Source: Rhabdothermincola salaria (GTDB lineage: Bacteria; Actinomycetota; Acidimicrobiia; Acidimicrobiales; Acidimicrobilacustridaceae). Taken from it: a stretch of DNA of 64,000 nucleotides. Position 1 is the first letter of the stretch, and the number at the start of each line of letters is the position of its first letter. The notes below the pieces were generated by a model, which saw only the letters and a program-made list of their open reading frames with translations, had not been told where the DNA came from and did not search any database. Position numbers and translations under genes: made by a program. This document shows positions 46,090-55,377 of this stretch, piece by piece. The stretch spans positions 62,001 through 126,000 of the forward strand of contig NZ_JAJQXW010000004.1 in the NCBI RefSeq assembly GCF_021246445.1, given 5' to 3'.

Positions 46090-46992
46090 ATGGCTGCGGA
46101 TACTGCAGCCACGGACACGACACTTCTCCCCCGCAGCCGCCCCGACGGCCCGACCGGCGCTCCTCGCAGCGCGGTCCGCTACCGCCAGCCGATCCAGTTC
46201 GACACCCCGGCGGATCAGCGGCGAGTCGGTGTGGTGGTGCCCTTCGACTTCTCCCTCGACTGGGAGTACTGGCGCTACCTCCCCGAGGGCGTCGAGCTGC
46301 ACTTCACTCGCACCCCCCACCTCCAGCGCGACCAGGGCATGTACCTCGCCCGTTCCTGCGGCAAGCCGAGCGTGGTGGCCCGCTCGGCCCGGTCGCTGCT
46401 GAGCGTCGCCCCGCACTCCACCCTCTACGCCTGCACCTCCGGCAGCTTCGTGCACGGGGTGGAAGGCGAGGCCGCGCTGCGCCAAGCCATGCAGGACGCC
46501 GGCTGCGCCAACCCCATCACCAGCTCCGGCGCCGCCATGCAGGCCCTCGCCCTGGCCGGCGCCGAGCGGGTGGCGGTCACCGCGCCGTACTCCGGAGCAC
46601 TCACCCGAGGCCTCGTGCAGTTCGTGGAGGACTCCGGCTTCGAAGTCGTCTCGGCGCACTACCTGGGCCTGCACCGCGGCATCGCCCAGGTCAGCCTGGC
46701 CACGGTGGTCGACCTGGTGCGCCAGACCGCTCGATCGGGGGCCGATGCCGTGTTCGTGAGCTGCACGTCGCTGCGCACCTTCGGCGTCGTCGCCCAGCTC
46801 GAGGCCGAGCTCGGCATCCCGGTGTTCACGTCCAACCAGGTGTCGCTGTGGGCGGCCCTCGACGCCGCCGGTGCCCTGGCCGGACGCCGGGCCAGCGACG
46901 GTGGCCGCTGGCTCCTCGGCGACGGCGACCCGGTGGCGCTCTCCACGCAGATCCTGCTGGCCGCGTCCGGCGCCCTCACCACCGCCGCCTGA
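46090..46992 (+). CDS. Asp/Glu racemase superfamily, maleate cis-trans isomerase-like protein
   Basis: VGVVVPFDFSLDWE, YACTSGSF, VFVSCTSL, TSNQVSLW. Start uncertain (45994 or 46090). Confidence 0.85.
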   Translation: MAADTAATDTTLLPRSRPDGPTGAPRSAVRYRQPIQFDTPADQRRVGVVVPFDFSLDWEYWRYLPEGVELHFTRTPHLQRDQGMYLARSCGKPSVVARSARSLLSVAPHSTLYACTSGSFVHGVEGEAALRQAMQDAGCANPITSSGAAMQALALAGAERVAVTAPYSGALTRGLVQFVEDSGFEVVSAHYLGLHRGIAQVSLATVVDLVRQTARSGADAVFVSCTSLRTFGVVAQLEAELGIPVFTSNQVSLWAALDAAGALAGRRASDGGRWLLGDGDPVALSTQILLAASGALTTAA

Positions 46993-47041
46993 CACTGCCG
47001 GCGCCACGCCGGCGGCACACCGCGCTGGCTCCCCGTGGCGA

Positions 47042-48673
47042 TCAGCCGACCCGCGGGAGCGTGCCCAGGCCGGCTCCGTCGAGCGACGACAACGTCACCG
47101 AGGTGGCCCGGCCATCGGCAACGTCGAAGGTGGCCGACTCGAGGTAGTCGGGGAGCTCCTCGAAGGCCTGGTAGGTGAACTCGTCGCCGTCGAAGTGCTC
47201 GAGGGGGTACACGGTCACGCCCTCGGGTCCGACCAGCACCTCGAGCCCCCCGTCCGCCCCGACGCGCACCTCGGCGGTGCCGACGTAGTCGTTGGCGTAG
47301 GTGCCCACGTAGGCGTCGTCGGGCGCGGCCGGCGCCGGGTCGGCGGGCGTGGGGAACTCGTTGGGCTCGCCGAGGATGCCGGCGAAGCGCTGGCCCCACA
47401 GCTCGAGCCACTCGTCGGTGTCGGCCTCACCGGTGAGGGCGGCGTCGAGCACGGCGTCGGCGATCGCCTCGGGGATGCCCTTGGGCTCGCCGTTGGTGAG
47501 CACCACCACTCCCAGGTCCTGGCCGGGCAGGAGCTTGGCCACGGTGGCGGCACCCGTCGAGAACGCCCCCGAGTGGGCCCAGGCCACGGTGCCGTCGGCC
47601 TCGGTCTCCACGCCCCAGCCCAGCCCGTAGAAGCTGGCCGGGGCACTCGGGTCAGCGACGGGCCGGTTGCGGATGAACGGGGTGTGGGCCTCCAAGAGCG
47701 CGTCGGCGTCGATGAGCTGCTCGCCGTCGAGCGAGCCCTCCGCCAGCTGGAGGCGCAGCCACTGGGCCAGGTCCTCGACGTTGGAGCTGACCCCACCGGC
47801 CGGCGCCTGGGGATCCGGGTAGCGCTGGACGCCGGCCTCCCAGGAACCGTCGCGGAACACGTGCGGTTCGGCGCGGTTCGCCTCGGCCTCGAAGTCCGAT
47901 CGGCGCATGCTCGTCGACGTCATCCCCGCCGGATCGAACAGCACCTCGTCGGCCACGTCGTCCCAGGTCTCCCCGGCGGCGACGGCGGCGGCCTGTCCGC
48001 CCATCGTCATGCCGAAGTTGGAGTAGCTGTAGTTCTCCCGGAACCCGGACTCGAGCGGCACGTAGCGCAGGCGTTCGAGGATGGTGTCGCGGTCGAAGCC
48101 GATGCCCTCGAGGTCGTTGCCGGCCACTGCCCCGGGCAGACCGGTGCGGTGGGAGAAGGTGTCGGCGAAGGTGACGTGCTCGGACACCCACGGCTCGCTG
48201 AGCTGGAGGTCGGGGTCGTACTCGGCGATGGGGTCGTCCCAGGCGAACAGGCCCTGGCCGACCAGGCCGGCCATGATCGTCGAGGACACCGGCTTGGACA
48301 GCGACGCGATCTGGAAGACGGTGTCGGCCCCCACGGGCTCGTCCGTGTCCACGTCTCGCACCCCGAACCCCTCGGCGGCCACGACCTCGTCGTCGTGGAC
48401 GATGGCCACGGCCACACCCGGGATGCCGGTCTCGGCCATCGCCTCCTCGACGATGTCGGGGAGCTGCTCCACGGCCCGGTCGACATCGGCACGGGTCAGC
48501 GCGCCGGCCTCGCTCGCGTCACCGGACCCACCCGACCCCGCAGCGGTGGACGACGTCGCGGCCGACGCGCCGGCGTCGTCCTCGCCGTCGTCGGTGCAGC
48601 CCGCCATGGCCAACGACGCGGCCAGCACGACCGCCACGAGCGAGCGCAGGCGCACCACGCGTCGTCGTCCCAT
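47042..48673 (-). CDS. Lipoprotein serine hydrolase, class C beta-lactamase family, with DUF3471-like C-terminus
   Basis: Lipobox LAMAGC, FQIASLSKP (SxxK), YSYSN, WAHSG; ATG at 48673 with GGAGGT. Confidence 0.85.
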   Translation of the reverse strand: MGRRRVVRLRSLVAVVLAASLAMAGCTDDGEDDAGASAATSSTAAGSGGSGDASEAGALTRADVDRAVEQLPDIVEEAMAETGIPGVAVAIVHDDEVVAAEGFGVRDVDTDEPVGADTVFQIASLSKPVSSTIMAGLVGQGLFAWDDPIAEYDPDLQLSEPWVSEHVTFADTFSHRTGLPGAVAGNDLEGIGFDRDTILERLRYVPLESGFRENYSYSNFGMTMGGQAAAVAAGETWDDVADEVLFDPAGMTSTSMRRSDFEAEANRAEPHVFRDGSWEAGVQRYPDPQAPAGGVSSNVEDLAQWLRLQLAEGSLDGEQLIDADALLEAHTPFIRNRPVADPSAPASFYGLGWGVETEADGTVAWAHSGAFSTGAATVAKLLPGQDLGVVVLTNGEPKGIPEAIADAVLDAALTGEADTDEWLELWGQRFAGILGEPNEFPTPADPAPAAPDDAYVGTYANDYVGTAEVRVGADGGLEVLVGPEGVTVYPLEHFDGDEFTYQAFEELPDYLESATFDVADGRATSVTLSSLDGAGLGTLPRVG

Positions 48674-48865
48674 CAGCTGACCTCCCGGGGGTGTCGCCCT
48701 CCGCCCGTTCGGTGACGCAAGAGGCAGCGAGAGCTGGATCATCGGCCGTCAACGATTAGCACACCGCGAGCGCGAGGCGTACGAGGCCAGCCGGCTTCCC
48801 ACACGGCGGTGCACGCCCGGCGCCGACCGCACGCCACGCGCCGAGCTCGACGAGACCAGCCGGCT

Positions 48866-49519
48866 TCAGGTGGGGCCGGCGCCCACCTGCGACGCCAGGT
48901 GGGCGCTCACGCTGGCCACCGCGGCCACGCGGTCGCCGGTGGCCAGCGCGTCGAGGAGGGCCCGATGCTCGCCGACCACGTCGGAGGGGTCGGGGTGCTC
49001 GACGGGCAGCGACCGCAGGCACAGGCGGGTCTCGGCCAGCAAGGTGGCGTACATGCGGGTGAGGCGGGCGCTGCCGGCCCCGGCGACCAGTAGCTCGTGG
49101 AACCGCAGGTCGGCTTCGGCCACGTCGGCCCACCGCCCCTCGGCGGCGGCCACCGCCATCTCCTCCACCAGCTGGCGCAGCCCGTCGAGCACCGGCCCCG
49201 GGCCCAGGTCGGCGACGTGCTCCGCCGCGGCGCGCTCGATGGCCAGACGGGCCACGGCCACGTCGGCGGCGTCGTCGGGGCCGAGCTCGGCCACGAACAC
49301 CCCTCGGTGCGGTTCGGCCCGCAGCAGGCCCTCCTGGGCCAGACGCTGGAACGCCTCGCGCACCGGGCCACGCGACACGCCGAGCGCCTCGGCCAGCTGG
49401 GACTCCGTGAGCTGCATGCCGGGCTCGAAGCTGCCGTCCATGATCCGCTCGCGGATGCTCTCGGCGATGATCGTCGCCGTCGGGCGGCGGGCGACGGGTT
49501 CGAGGTCGGTGAAGGGCAT
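48866..49519 (-). CDS. GntR family (FCD) transcriptional regulator
   Basis: IRERIMDGSFEPGMQLTESQLAEALGVSRGPVREAF; DLRFHELL; EHRALLDAL. Confidence 0.9.
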   Translation of the reverse strand: MPFTDLEPVARRPTATIIAESIRERIMDGSFEPGMQLTESQLAEALGVSRGPVREAFQRLAQEGLLRAEPHRGVFVAELGPDDAADVAVARLAIERAAAEHVADLGPGPVLDGLRQLVEEMAVAAAEGRWADVAEADLRFHELLVAGAGSARLTRMYATLLAETRLCLRSLPVEHPDPSDVVGEHRALLDALATGDRVAAVASVSAHLASQVGAGPT

Positions 49520-49536
49520 GCTCGCTCCGAGATGTC

Positions 49537-49556
49537 GATTGTCGACAATCCTACCA
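49537..49556. promoter_or_regulatory. Putative GntR operator, copy 1
   Basis: Perfect 14-bp palindrome GATTGTCGACAATC between gntR and the divergent dehydrogenase; 20 bp identical (inverted) to 54739-54758. Confidence 0.8.
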
Positions 49557-49574
49557 CCGGCTAGGGTCGGGGGC

Positions 49575-50555
49575 GTGAGCCGGAGCCGACCCGTCATCGC
49601 CGTGGTGGTGGACCCCCGCGATGGCGACCCGCCCGGGCTCGAGCGCCTCCGCGAGATCGCCACCGTCGAGGTCGTCCGCCGAGCGCCCGAGCTCGTCGCC
49701 GCCGTGGAGCGCGCCGACGTGCTCGCCGTCTACGACTTCCGCACCACCCTCGTCGCCGACCTCGGCGAGCGGGCCGGCGAGCTGGCCTGGATCCACGCCG
49801 CCAGCGCCGGCGTCGACGCGGTGCTCACCCCCTCGGTGGTGCGTAGCGACACCGTCGTCACCAACGCCCAGGGCGTGTTCGACGAACCCATCGCCGAATG
49901 GGTGCTCGCCGTGCTGTTGCTGTTCGCCAAGGACCTGCGCCGCAGCCTCGACCTGCAGGCCCATCGCACCTGGCGCCACCGCGAGAGCGACCGCCTCGCC
50001 GGCCGGCACGTGCTGGTCGTCGGCGCCGGCTCCATCGGCGGGGCCATCGCCCGCCTCCTCGGCGCCGCCGGCATGCAGGTCCGCGGCGTCGCCCGCACGG
50101 CCCGACCCGACGATCCCGACTTCGACGCCGTGGTGGCCACCGCCGACCTCCACGCCGAGCTGGCCCGGGCCGACGACGTCGTGGTCGCGGCTCCTCTCAC
50201 CCCCGCCACCCACCACCTCCTCGACGCCGAGGCCTTCCAGGCCATGAGGCCGGGCGCCCGACTCGTCAACGTCGGCCGGGGACCGGTCGTCGACGAGGCC
50301 GCCCTGCTCGACGCCCTGCGCGCCGGTCGGGTCGGCGCCGCCGCCCTCGACGTCTTCGAGACCGAACCGCTCGACCCCGACCACCCCTTCTGGACCATGG
50401 AGCAGGTGCTGGTGTCACCCCACATGTCTGGCGACGTCGACGGCTGGGTGGCCGCCCTCGGAACCCAGTTCACCGACAACGTCCAGCGCTGGATCGCCGA
50501 CGAGCCCCTCCGCCACGTCGTCGACAAGCAGGCCCTGACCGGAGGTGGCGCGTGA
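49575..50555 (+). CDS. D-2-hydroxyacid dehydrogenase (NAD-binding)
   Basis: WIHAASAGVD, VVGAGSIG, LVNVGRG, LDVFETEPL, SPHMSG. Confidence 0.9.
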   Translation: MSRSRPVIAVVVDPRDGDPPGLERLREIATVEVVRRAPELVAAVERADVLAVYDFRTTLVADLGERAGELAWIHAASAGVDAVLTPSVVRSDTVVTNAQGVFDEPIAEWVLAVLLLFAKDLRRSLDLQAHRTWRHRESDRLAGRHVLVVGAGSIGGAIARLLGAAGMQVRGVARTARPDDPDFDAVVATADLHAELARADDVVVAAPLTPATHHLLDAEAFQAMRPGARLVNVGRGPVVDEAALLDALRAGRVGAAALDVFETEPLDPDHPFWTMEQVLVSPHMSGDVDGWVAALGTQFTDNVQRWIADEPLRHVVDKQALTGGGA

Positions 50556-51952
50556 GCAACATCGAGTGGATGAGCGCCACCGAGCTGCTCGACGGCTATC
50601 GCCGGGGCGACCTCTCCCCCGTCGAGGTGGTCGACCACCTCCTCGATCGCATCGATCGCCACGACCCGGCGGTGAACGCCTGGTGCTTCCTCGACCCCGA
50701 GCGCACCCGCGCCGACGCCGCCGCCTCCGCCGAACGCTGGGCAGCCGGCGAACCGATCGGACGCCTCGACGGCGTGCCCGTCGGCATCAAGGACGTCTTC
50801 CTCACCGAGGGCTGGCCCACCCGCAAGGGGTCGGCCACCGTCGACCCCGCCGGACCGTGGCCCGACGACTCCCCCTGCGTCAGCGCCCTGCGCCGCAACG
50901 GGGCGGTGCTGCTGGGCAAGACCACCACCCCGGAGCTGGGCTGGAAGGGCGTCACCGACGCCCCCGCCACCGGCACCACCCGCAACCCCTGGGCCGTCGA
51001 GCTCACGCCCGGCGGGTCGAGCGGCGGCAGCTCCGCCGCCCTCGCCGCCGGCATGGTGCCCCTCGCGCTCGGCACCGACGGCGGCGGCTCCATCCGGATC
51101 CCCGCCGCCTTCGCCGGGGTGGCCGGCATCAAGCCCACGTGGGGCCGGGTGCCGCACTGGCCGGTGAGCCCCTACGGCGGGCTGGCCCACGCCGGGCCGA
51201 TGGCGCGCACCATCGCCGACACCGCCCTGCTGCTCGACGTGCTGGCCGAACCCGACCACCGCGACCCCGCCGCTCTGCTGCCCGACGGCATCGGCCACCT
51301 CGCCGCATGCGGCGGGGGGATCGCCGGGGTGCGGGTGGCCTTCAGCGCGGATCTCGGGTTCGTGGACGTCGACCCCGAGGTGGCCGCCCTCGTCACCGAC
51401 GCGGCCGCCACCTTCACCGACCTCGGCGCCCACGTCGACGCCGCCGACCCCGGCTTCGACGACCCGGTCGACACCTTCTCGGTGCTGTGGAACAGCGGGG
51501 CGGCCCAGGCCACGAGCGCCGACACCCCGGACCAGCACCGCCTCCGCGACCCCGGCCTGCGCGAAATCTGCGCCGACGGCAGGCGGTACTCCGCCGTCGA
51601 CTACATCGACGCCCTCAACCGCCGGGGCGCGCTGGCGGTCTCGATGGGCGAGTTCCACCAGCGCCACGACCTGCTCGTCACGCCGGCGGTCCCCATCGCC
51701 GCCTTCCGGGCCGGCGTGGAGGTGCCCGACGGCTGGCCGCACCCACGCTGGATGTCGTGGACGCCGTTCTCGTACCCGTTCAACCTCACCCAGCAGCCCG
51801 CCGTCTCGGTGCCCTGCGGCTTCACCTCAGCCGGCCTGCCCGTCGGCCTGCAGATCATCGGTCCCCGTGGCGCCGACGCGCTGGTGCTGCGGGCGGCCCA
51901 CGCCTACGAGACGGCCCGGCCGTTCCACCTCCGCCATCCCGACCTGGGCTGA
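50552..51952 (+). CDS. Amidase-signature family enzyme
   Basis: GVPVGIKD, GKTTTPE, PGGSSGGSSAA, GTDGGGSIRIPA; GTGA overlap. Confidence 0.9.
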   Translation: MSNIEWMSATELLDGYRRGDLSPVEVVDHLLDRIDRHDPAVNAWCFLDPERTRADAAASAERWAAGEPIGRLDGVPVGIKDVFLTEGWPTRKGSATVDPAGPWPDDSPCVSALRRNGAVLLGKTTTPELGWKGVTDAPATGTTRNPWAVELTPGGSSGGSSAALAAGMVPLALGTDGGGSIRIPAAFAGVAGIKPTWGRVPHWPVSPYGGLAHAGPMARTIADTALLLDVLAEPDHRDPAALLPDGIGHLAACGGGIAGVRVAFSADLGFVDVDPEVAALVTDAAATFTDLGAHVDAADPGFDDPVDTFSVLWNSGAAQATSADTPDQHRLRDPGLREICADGRRYSAVDYIDALNRRGALAVSMGEFHQRHDLLVTPAVPIAAFRAGVEVPDGWPHPRWMSWTPFSYPFNLTQQPAVSVPCGFTSAGLPVGLQIIGPRGADALVLRAAHAYETARPFHLRHPDLG

Positions 51953-52013
51953 GGCCCGAGCCGGGCCGCTCGGCCGACCACCCCCGCCCCACCGACCGCC
52001 AGGAGCCCCCACC

Positions 52014-53432
52014 GTGGACCAGACGCCCGTCACCATCGCCGGCACCCCCACCACCACCCAGGAGTCGGTGGAGGTCCTCAACCCCTACACCGGGGCCGTC
52101 GTCGCCGAGGTCCCCCTCTGCGGGCCCGACGAGGTCGACCGGGCCTGCACCCACGCCAAGGAGGTCCTGCGCGCCGACGACCTCGCCCTGCACCAGCGGG
52201 TGGCCGTGCTGGAGACCGCCTCCCGGTTGATCGCCGAGCGGGCCGAGGACCTGGCCCGCACGTTGGCCGTCGAGGCCGGCAAGCCCATCCGCACCGCCCG
52301 GGGCGAGGTGGCCCGTGCCGTCGACACCTTCGCCTTCGCCGGCGCCGAGGCCCGCCACCTCGGAGGCGAGGTGCTGCCCATGGCCGCCTCGGCCAGCGGT
52401 GCCGGCAAGTTGGGCTTCGCCCTGCGCGTCCCCGCCGGCGTGGTGGCCGCCATCTCGCCGTTCAACTTCCCGCTCAACCTGGTGGCCCACAAGCTGGCCC
52501 CGGCCATCGCCGCCGGGTGCCCGGTGGTGCTCAAGCCCGCCCCGCAGACCCCGCTCACCGCCCTGGCCCTCGTCGACCTGCTCGTCGACGCCGGCCTCCC
52601 GGCCGACTGGATCTCGGTGGTGACCGACCGCCGGGCCGAGGCCGGCGGCCCCCTCGTGGAGCATCCGGTCCCCGCCGTGGTCACCTTCACCGGCTCGGTG
52701 CCGGTCGGCTGGGGCATCGCCGCCGCCGCCCCCCGCAAGCGGGTGCTGCTCGAGCTCGGATCGAACTCCCCCCTCCTCGTCGAGCCCGACGCCGACCTCG
52801 ACGGGCTGGCCGCCCGCTGCGGGCCGGCCGCCTTCGGCTTCGCCGGCCAGAGCTGCATCTCCGTGCAGCGCCTGCTGGTGCACCGCTCCGTGCACGACCA
52901 GTTGGTGGACGCCCTGGCCCGCACCGCCGACGGGCTGGTGGTGGGCGACCCCCTTGACGAGGCCACCGACGTCGGACCGCTCATCGCCCCCGACGAAGCC
53001 GATCGGGTGCAGTCCTGGATCGCCGAGGCCGTGGCCGCCGGCGCCCGGGTGGTGGCCGGAGGCGATCGCGAGGGCGGCGTGCTACGCCCGACCGTGGTGA
53101 CGGGCGTCGACACCGACAGCGACCTGTGGCGTCGCGAGGTGTTCGGCCCGGTGGTGGCGGTGCGGGCCTACGACAGCTTCGACGAGGCGATCGCCCTGGC
53201 CAACGACAGCGACTTCGGGCTCCACGCCGGGGTGTTCACCAACGACCTGCGCACCGCCCTGCGAGCCGTGCGCGAGCTCGACTTCGGTGGCGTGCTCGTC
53301 AACGAGGTGCCCACCTTCCGTGCCGACCAGCAGCCCTACGGCGGCGTGCGCGATGCCGGCAACACCCGCGAGGGGCCCGCCTACGCCATCGAGGAGATGA
53401 CCACGCTGCGCTTCGTGAGCCTCCAGGCCTGA
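52014..53432 (+). CDS. Aldehyde dehydrogenase family protein
   Basis: SPFNFPLNL, FTGS, LELGSN, AGQSCISVQR, EVFGPV; GTG after AGGAG. Confidence 0.9.
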   Translation: MDQTPVTIAGTPTTTQESVEVLNPYTGAVVAEVPLCGPDEVDRACTHAKEVLRADDLALHQRVAVLETASRLIAERAEDLARTLAVEAGKPIRTARGEVARAVDTFAFAGAEARHLGGEVLPMAASASGAGKLGFALRVPAGVVAAISPFNFPLNLVAHKLAPAIAAGCPVVLKPAPQTPLTALALVDLLVDAGLPADWISVVTDRRAEAGGPLVEHPVPAVVTFTGSVPVGWGIAAAAPRKRVLLELGSNSPLLVEPDADLDGLAARCGPAAFGFAGQSCISVQRLLVHRSVHDQLVDALARTADGLVVGDPLDEATDVGPLIAPDEADRVQSWIAEAVAAGARVVAGGDREGGVLRPTVVTGVDTDSDLWRREVFGPVVAVRAYDSFDEAIALANDSDFGLHAGVFTNDLRTALRAVRELDFGGVLVNEVPTFRADQQPYGGVRDAGNTREGPAYAIEEMTTLRFVSLQA

Positions 53433-53466
53433 GCGCCCCACCCGGGGGCCACGCCGGGGCCGGGGC

Positions 53467-54723
53467 TCAGGTCCCGGCGAGGGCCTTGTCGAAGGCCTCG
53501 GCCAGGCGGGCCAGCCCGTCGTCGACCTCCTCGGCGCTGACCACCAGCGGCGGGATGAGGCGCAGCACCTGGCCGCTGGCCCCGCACGCCAGGGTCAACA
53601 GCCCGGCCTCGGTGGCCGCCACCCGCACCGCCTGCACCAGCTCGCCGGCGCTGTGCCCGGGACCGTCGGCCAGCTCGACGCCGATCATGAGGCCACGACC
53701 GCGCACGTCGGCGATCTCGGGGTGGGCGGCAGCGAGGGCCCGCACCCCGGCGACGAGTCGCTCGCCCTGGGTGGCGGAGTTGGCGACCAGGTCCTCGTCG
53801 GCCACCACGTCGAGGGTGGCGACCGCGGCCGCGCAGGCCACCGGGTTGCCGCCGTAGGTGCCACCCTGGGAGCCGGGTGCGCCGGCGGCCATGAGCTCGG
53901 GGGAGGCCACGATGGCCGACAACGGCATGCCGCTGGCCAGGCCCTTGGCCACCACCACCACGTCGGGGTGCACGCCCGAGTGGTCCATGCCCCACATGCG
54001 CCCGGTGCGGCCCACGCCGGTCTGCACCTCGTCGGCGACCAGCAAGATGCCGTGGCGGTCGCAGCGCTCGCGCAGCCCTCGGAGGAAGGCGTCCGGGGCC
54101 GGCACGTAGCCACCCTCGCCCAGCACGGGCTCGATGATGATCGCCGCGGTCTCGGAGGGGGCCGTGGTGGTGGCGAAGAGGTGGTCGAGCTCACGCAGGC
54201 AGAAGGCCACCGCCTCGTCCTCGGACCATCCGTAGCGGTGGGCGTAGGGGAACGGCGCCAGCACCACCCCGCCCATGAGCGGCTGCAGCCCGGCGCGCAC
54301 GGCCAGCTTGGAGGTGGTGAGCGATGCCGCACCCATGGTGCGACCGTGGAAGCCCCCCTGGAAGGCCACCAGGTTGGGGCGCCCGGTGGCGTGGCGGGCA
54401 AGGCGCAGGGCCGCTTCGACCGCCTCGGACCCGGAGTTGGCCACGAACACCGAGCCGAAGCCGGGCAGCGCCGCGCAGAGGGCATCGCTGAGCTCGTCGA
54501 GGCGAGGGTGCATCACCGTGGTGACCTGCCCGTGGATGAGCTCCCCCGCCTGGTGGCGGATGGCCTCCACCACCCGGGGATGGCAGTGCCCGGTGCTGGT
54601 GACCCCGATGCCGGCGGTGAAGTCGAGGTGGCGGTGACCGTCGGCGTCGACGAGCCAGCACCCCTCGCCACGCACCGCCTCGACGGTGGTGGCCTGGAGC
54701 AGCAGCGGGGAGCGTGTGGCCAT
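53467..54723 (-). CDS. Class III PLP aminotransferase (4-aminobutyrate aminotransferase-like)
   Basis: NSGSEAVE, FHGRT, EPVLGEGG, ADEVQTGVGRTG, AKGLASG, GTYGGNP. Confidence 0.9.
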   Translation of the reverse strand: MATRSPLLLQATTVEAVRGEGCWLVDADGHRHLDFTAGIGVTSTGHCHPRVVEAIRHQAGELIHGQVTTVMHPRLDELSDALCAALPGFGSVFVANSGSEAVEAALRLARHATGRPNLVAFQGGFHGRTMGAASLTTSKLAVRAGLQPLMGGVVLAPFPYAHRYGWSEDEAVAFCLRELDHLFATTTAPSETAAIIIEPVLGEGGYVPAPDAFLRGLRERCDRHGILLVADEVQTGVGRTGRMWGMDHSGVHPDVVVVAKGLASGMPLSAIVASPELMAAGAPGSQGGTYGGNPVACAAAVATLDVVADEDLVANSATQGERLVAGVRALAAAHPEIADVRGRGLMIGVELADGPGHSAGELVQAVRVAATEAGLLTLACGASGQVLRLIPPLVVSAEEVDDGLARLAEAFDKALAGT

Positions 54724-54738
54724 CGGTGCGGACCCTTC

Positions 54739-54758
54739 TGGTAGGATTGTCGACAATC
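54739..54758. promoter_or_regulatory. Putative GntR operator, copy 2
   Basis: TGGTAGGATTGTCGACAATC between the divergent aminotransferase and DUF3830 genes; contains a TAGGAT -10-like hexamer. Confidence 0.8.
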
Positions 54759-54858
54759 TACCGATTGGTTCGGTCGCTGTCGAGAGCCCCACGACCCACC
54801 CCGCGAGGACCGGGACCGATCGATCACCCGACCACCCGCCCCACCCCCAGGAGTCCCC

Positions 54859-55359
54859 ATGCCCCGCGAGATCGAGGTGGTCCTGCCCACCCGTGGAGTG
54901 GTGGCGATCGCCCACCTGCTCGACGACGACGCCCCCCGGACCTGCGCCGCGGTGTGGGACGCCCTCCCCCTGGGCGGCGACATCTTCCACGCCAAGTACG
55001 CCCGCAACGAGCTCTACACGTTCGTGCCCCCCTTCGCGCCGGCCGCCATCGGCCTCGAGAACCCGACCATCACGCCCATCCCGGGCGACCTCGTGTACTT
55101 CGAGTTCGGGGCCGGGATGCTGCCGGCGGGCAGCTACGGCTACGCCGACGACGAGGGCGTCGCCGGGGCCGACTCGGTCATCGACCTGGCCCTCTTCTAC
55201 GGTCGAAACAACCTGCTGGTGAACGGCGACGTGGGCTGGGTGCCAGGCAATGTCTTCGGCACCGTGGTCGAAGGTCTCGACGAGCTGGCCGCCGCCGGCA
55301 ACGACGTGTGGCGCCGGGGCGCCGTCGGCGAGTCCCTCCAGTTCCGCCGCCGCTCCTGA
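54859..55359 (+). CDS. DUF3830 family (cyclophilin-like fold) protein
   Basis: APRTCAAVWDALP...HAKYARNELY...ENPTITPIPGD...FYGRNNLL...GNVF. Confidence 0.8.
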   Translation: MPREIEVVLPTRGVVAIAHLLDDDAPRTCAAVWDALPLGGDIFHAKYARNELYTFVPPFAPAAIGLENPTITPIPGDLVYFEFGAGMLPAGSYGYADDEGVAGADSVIDLALFYGRNNLLVNGDVGWVPGNVFGTVVEGLDELAAAGNDVWRRGAVGESLQFRRRS

Positions 55360-55377
55360 CCGACCACCGGGACCGGG

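Noticed and set aside
47042..48673. Antibiotic-resistance beta-lactamase
   Set aside because: SxxK/YxN motifs are shared by many esterases and peptidases of this family; nothing specifically supports resistance.
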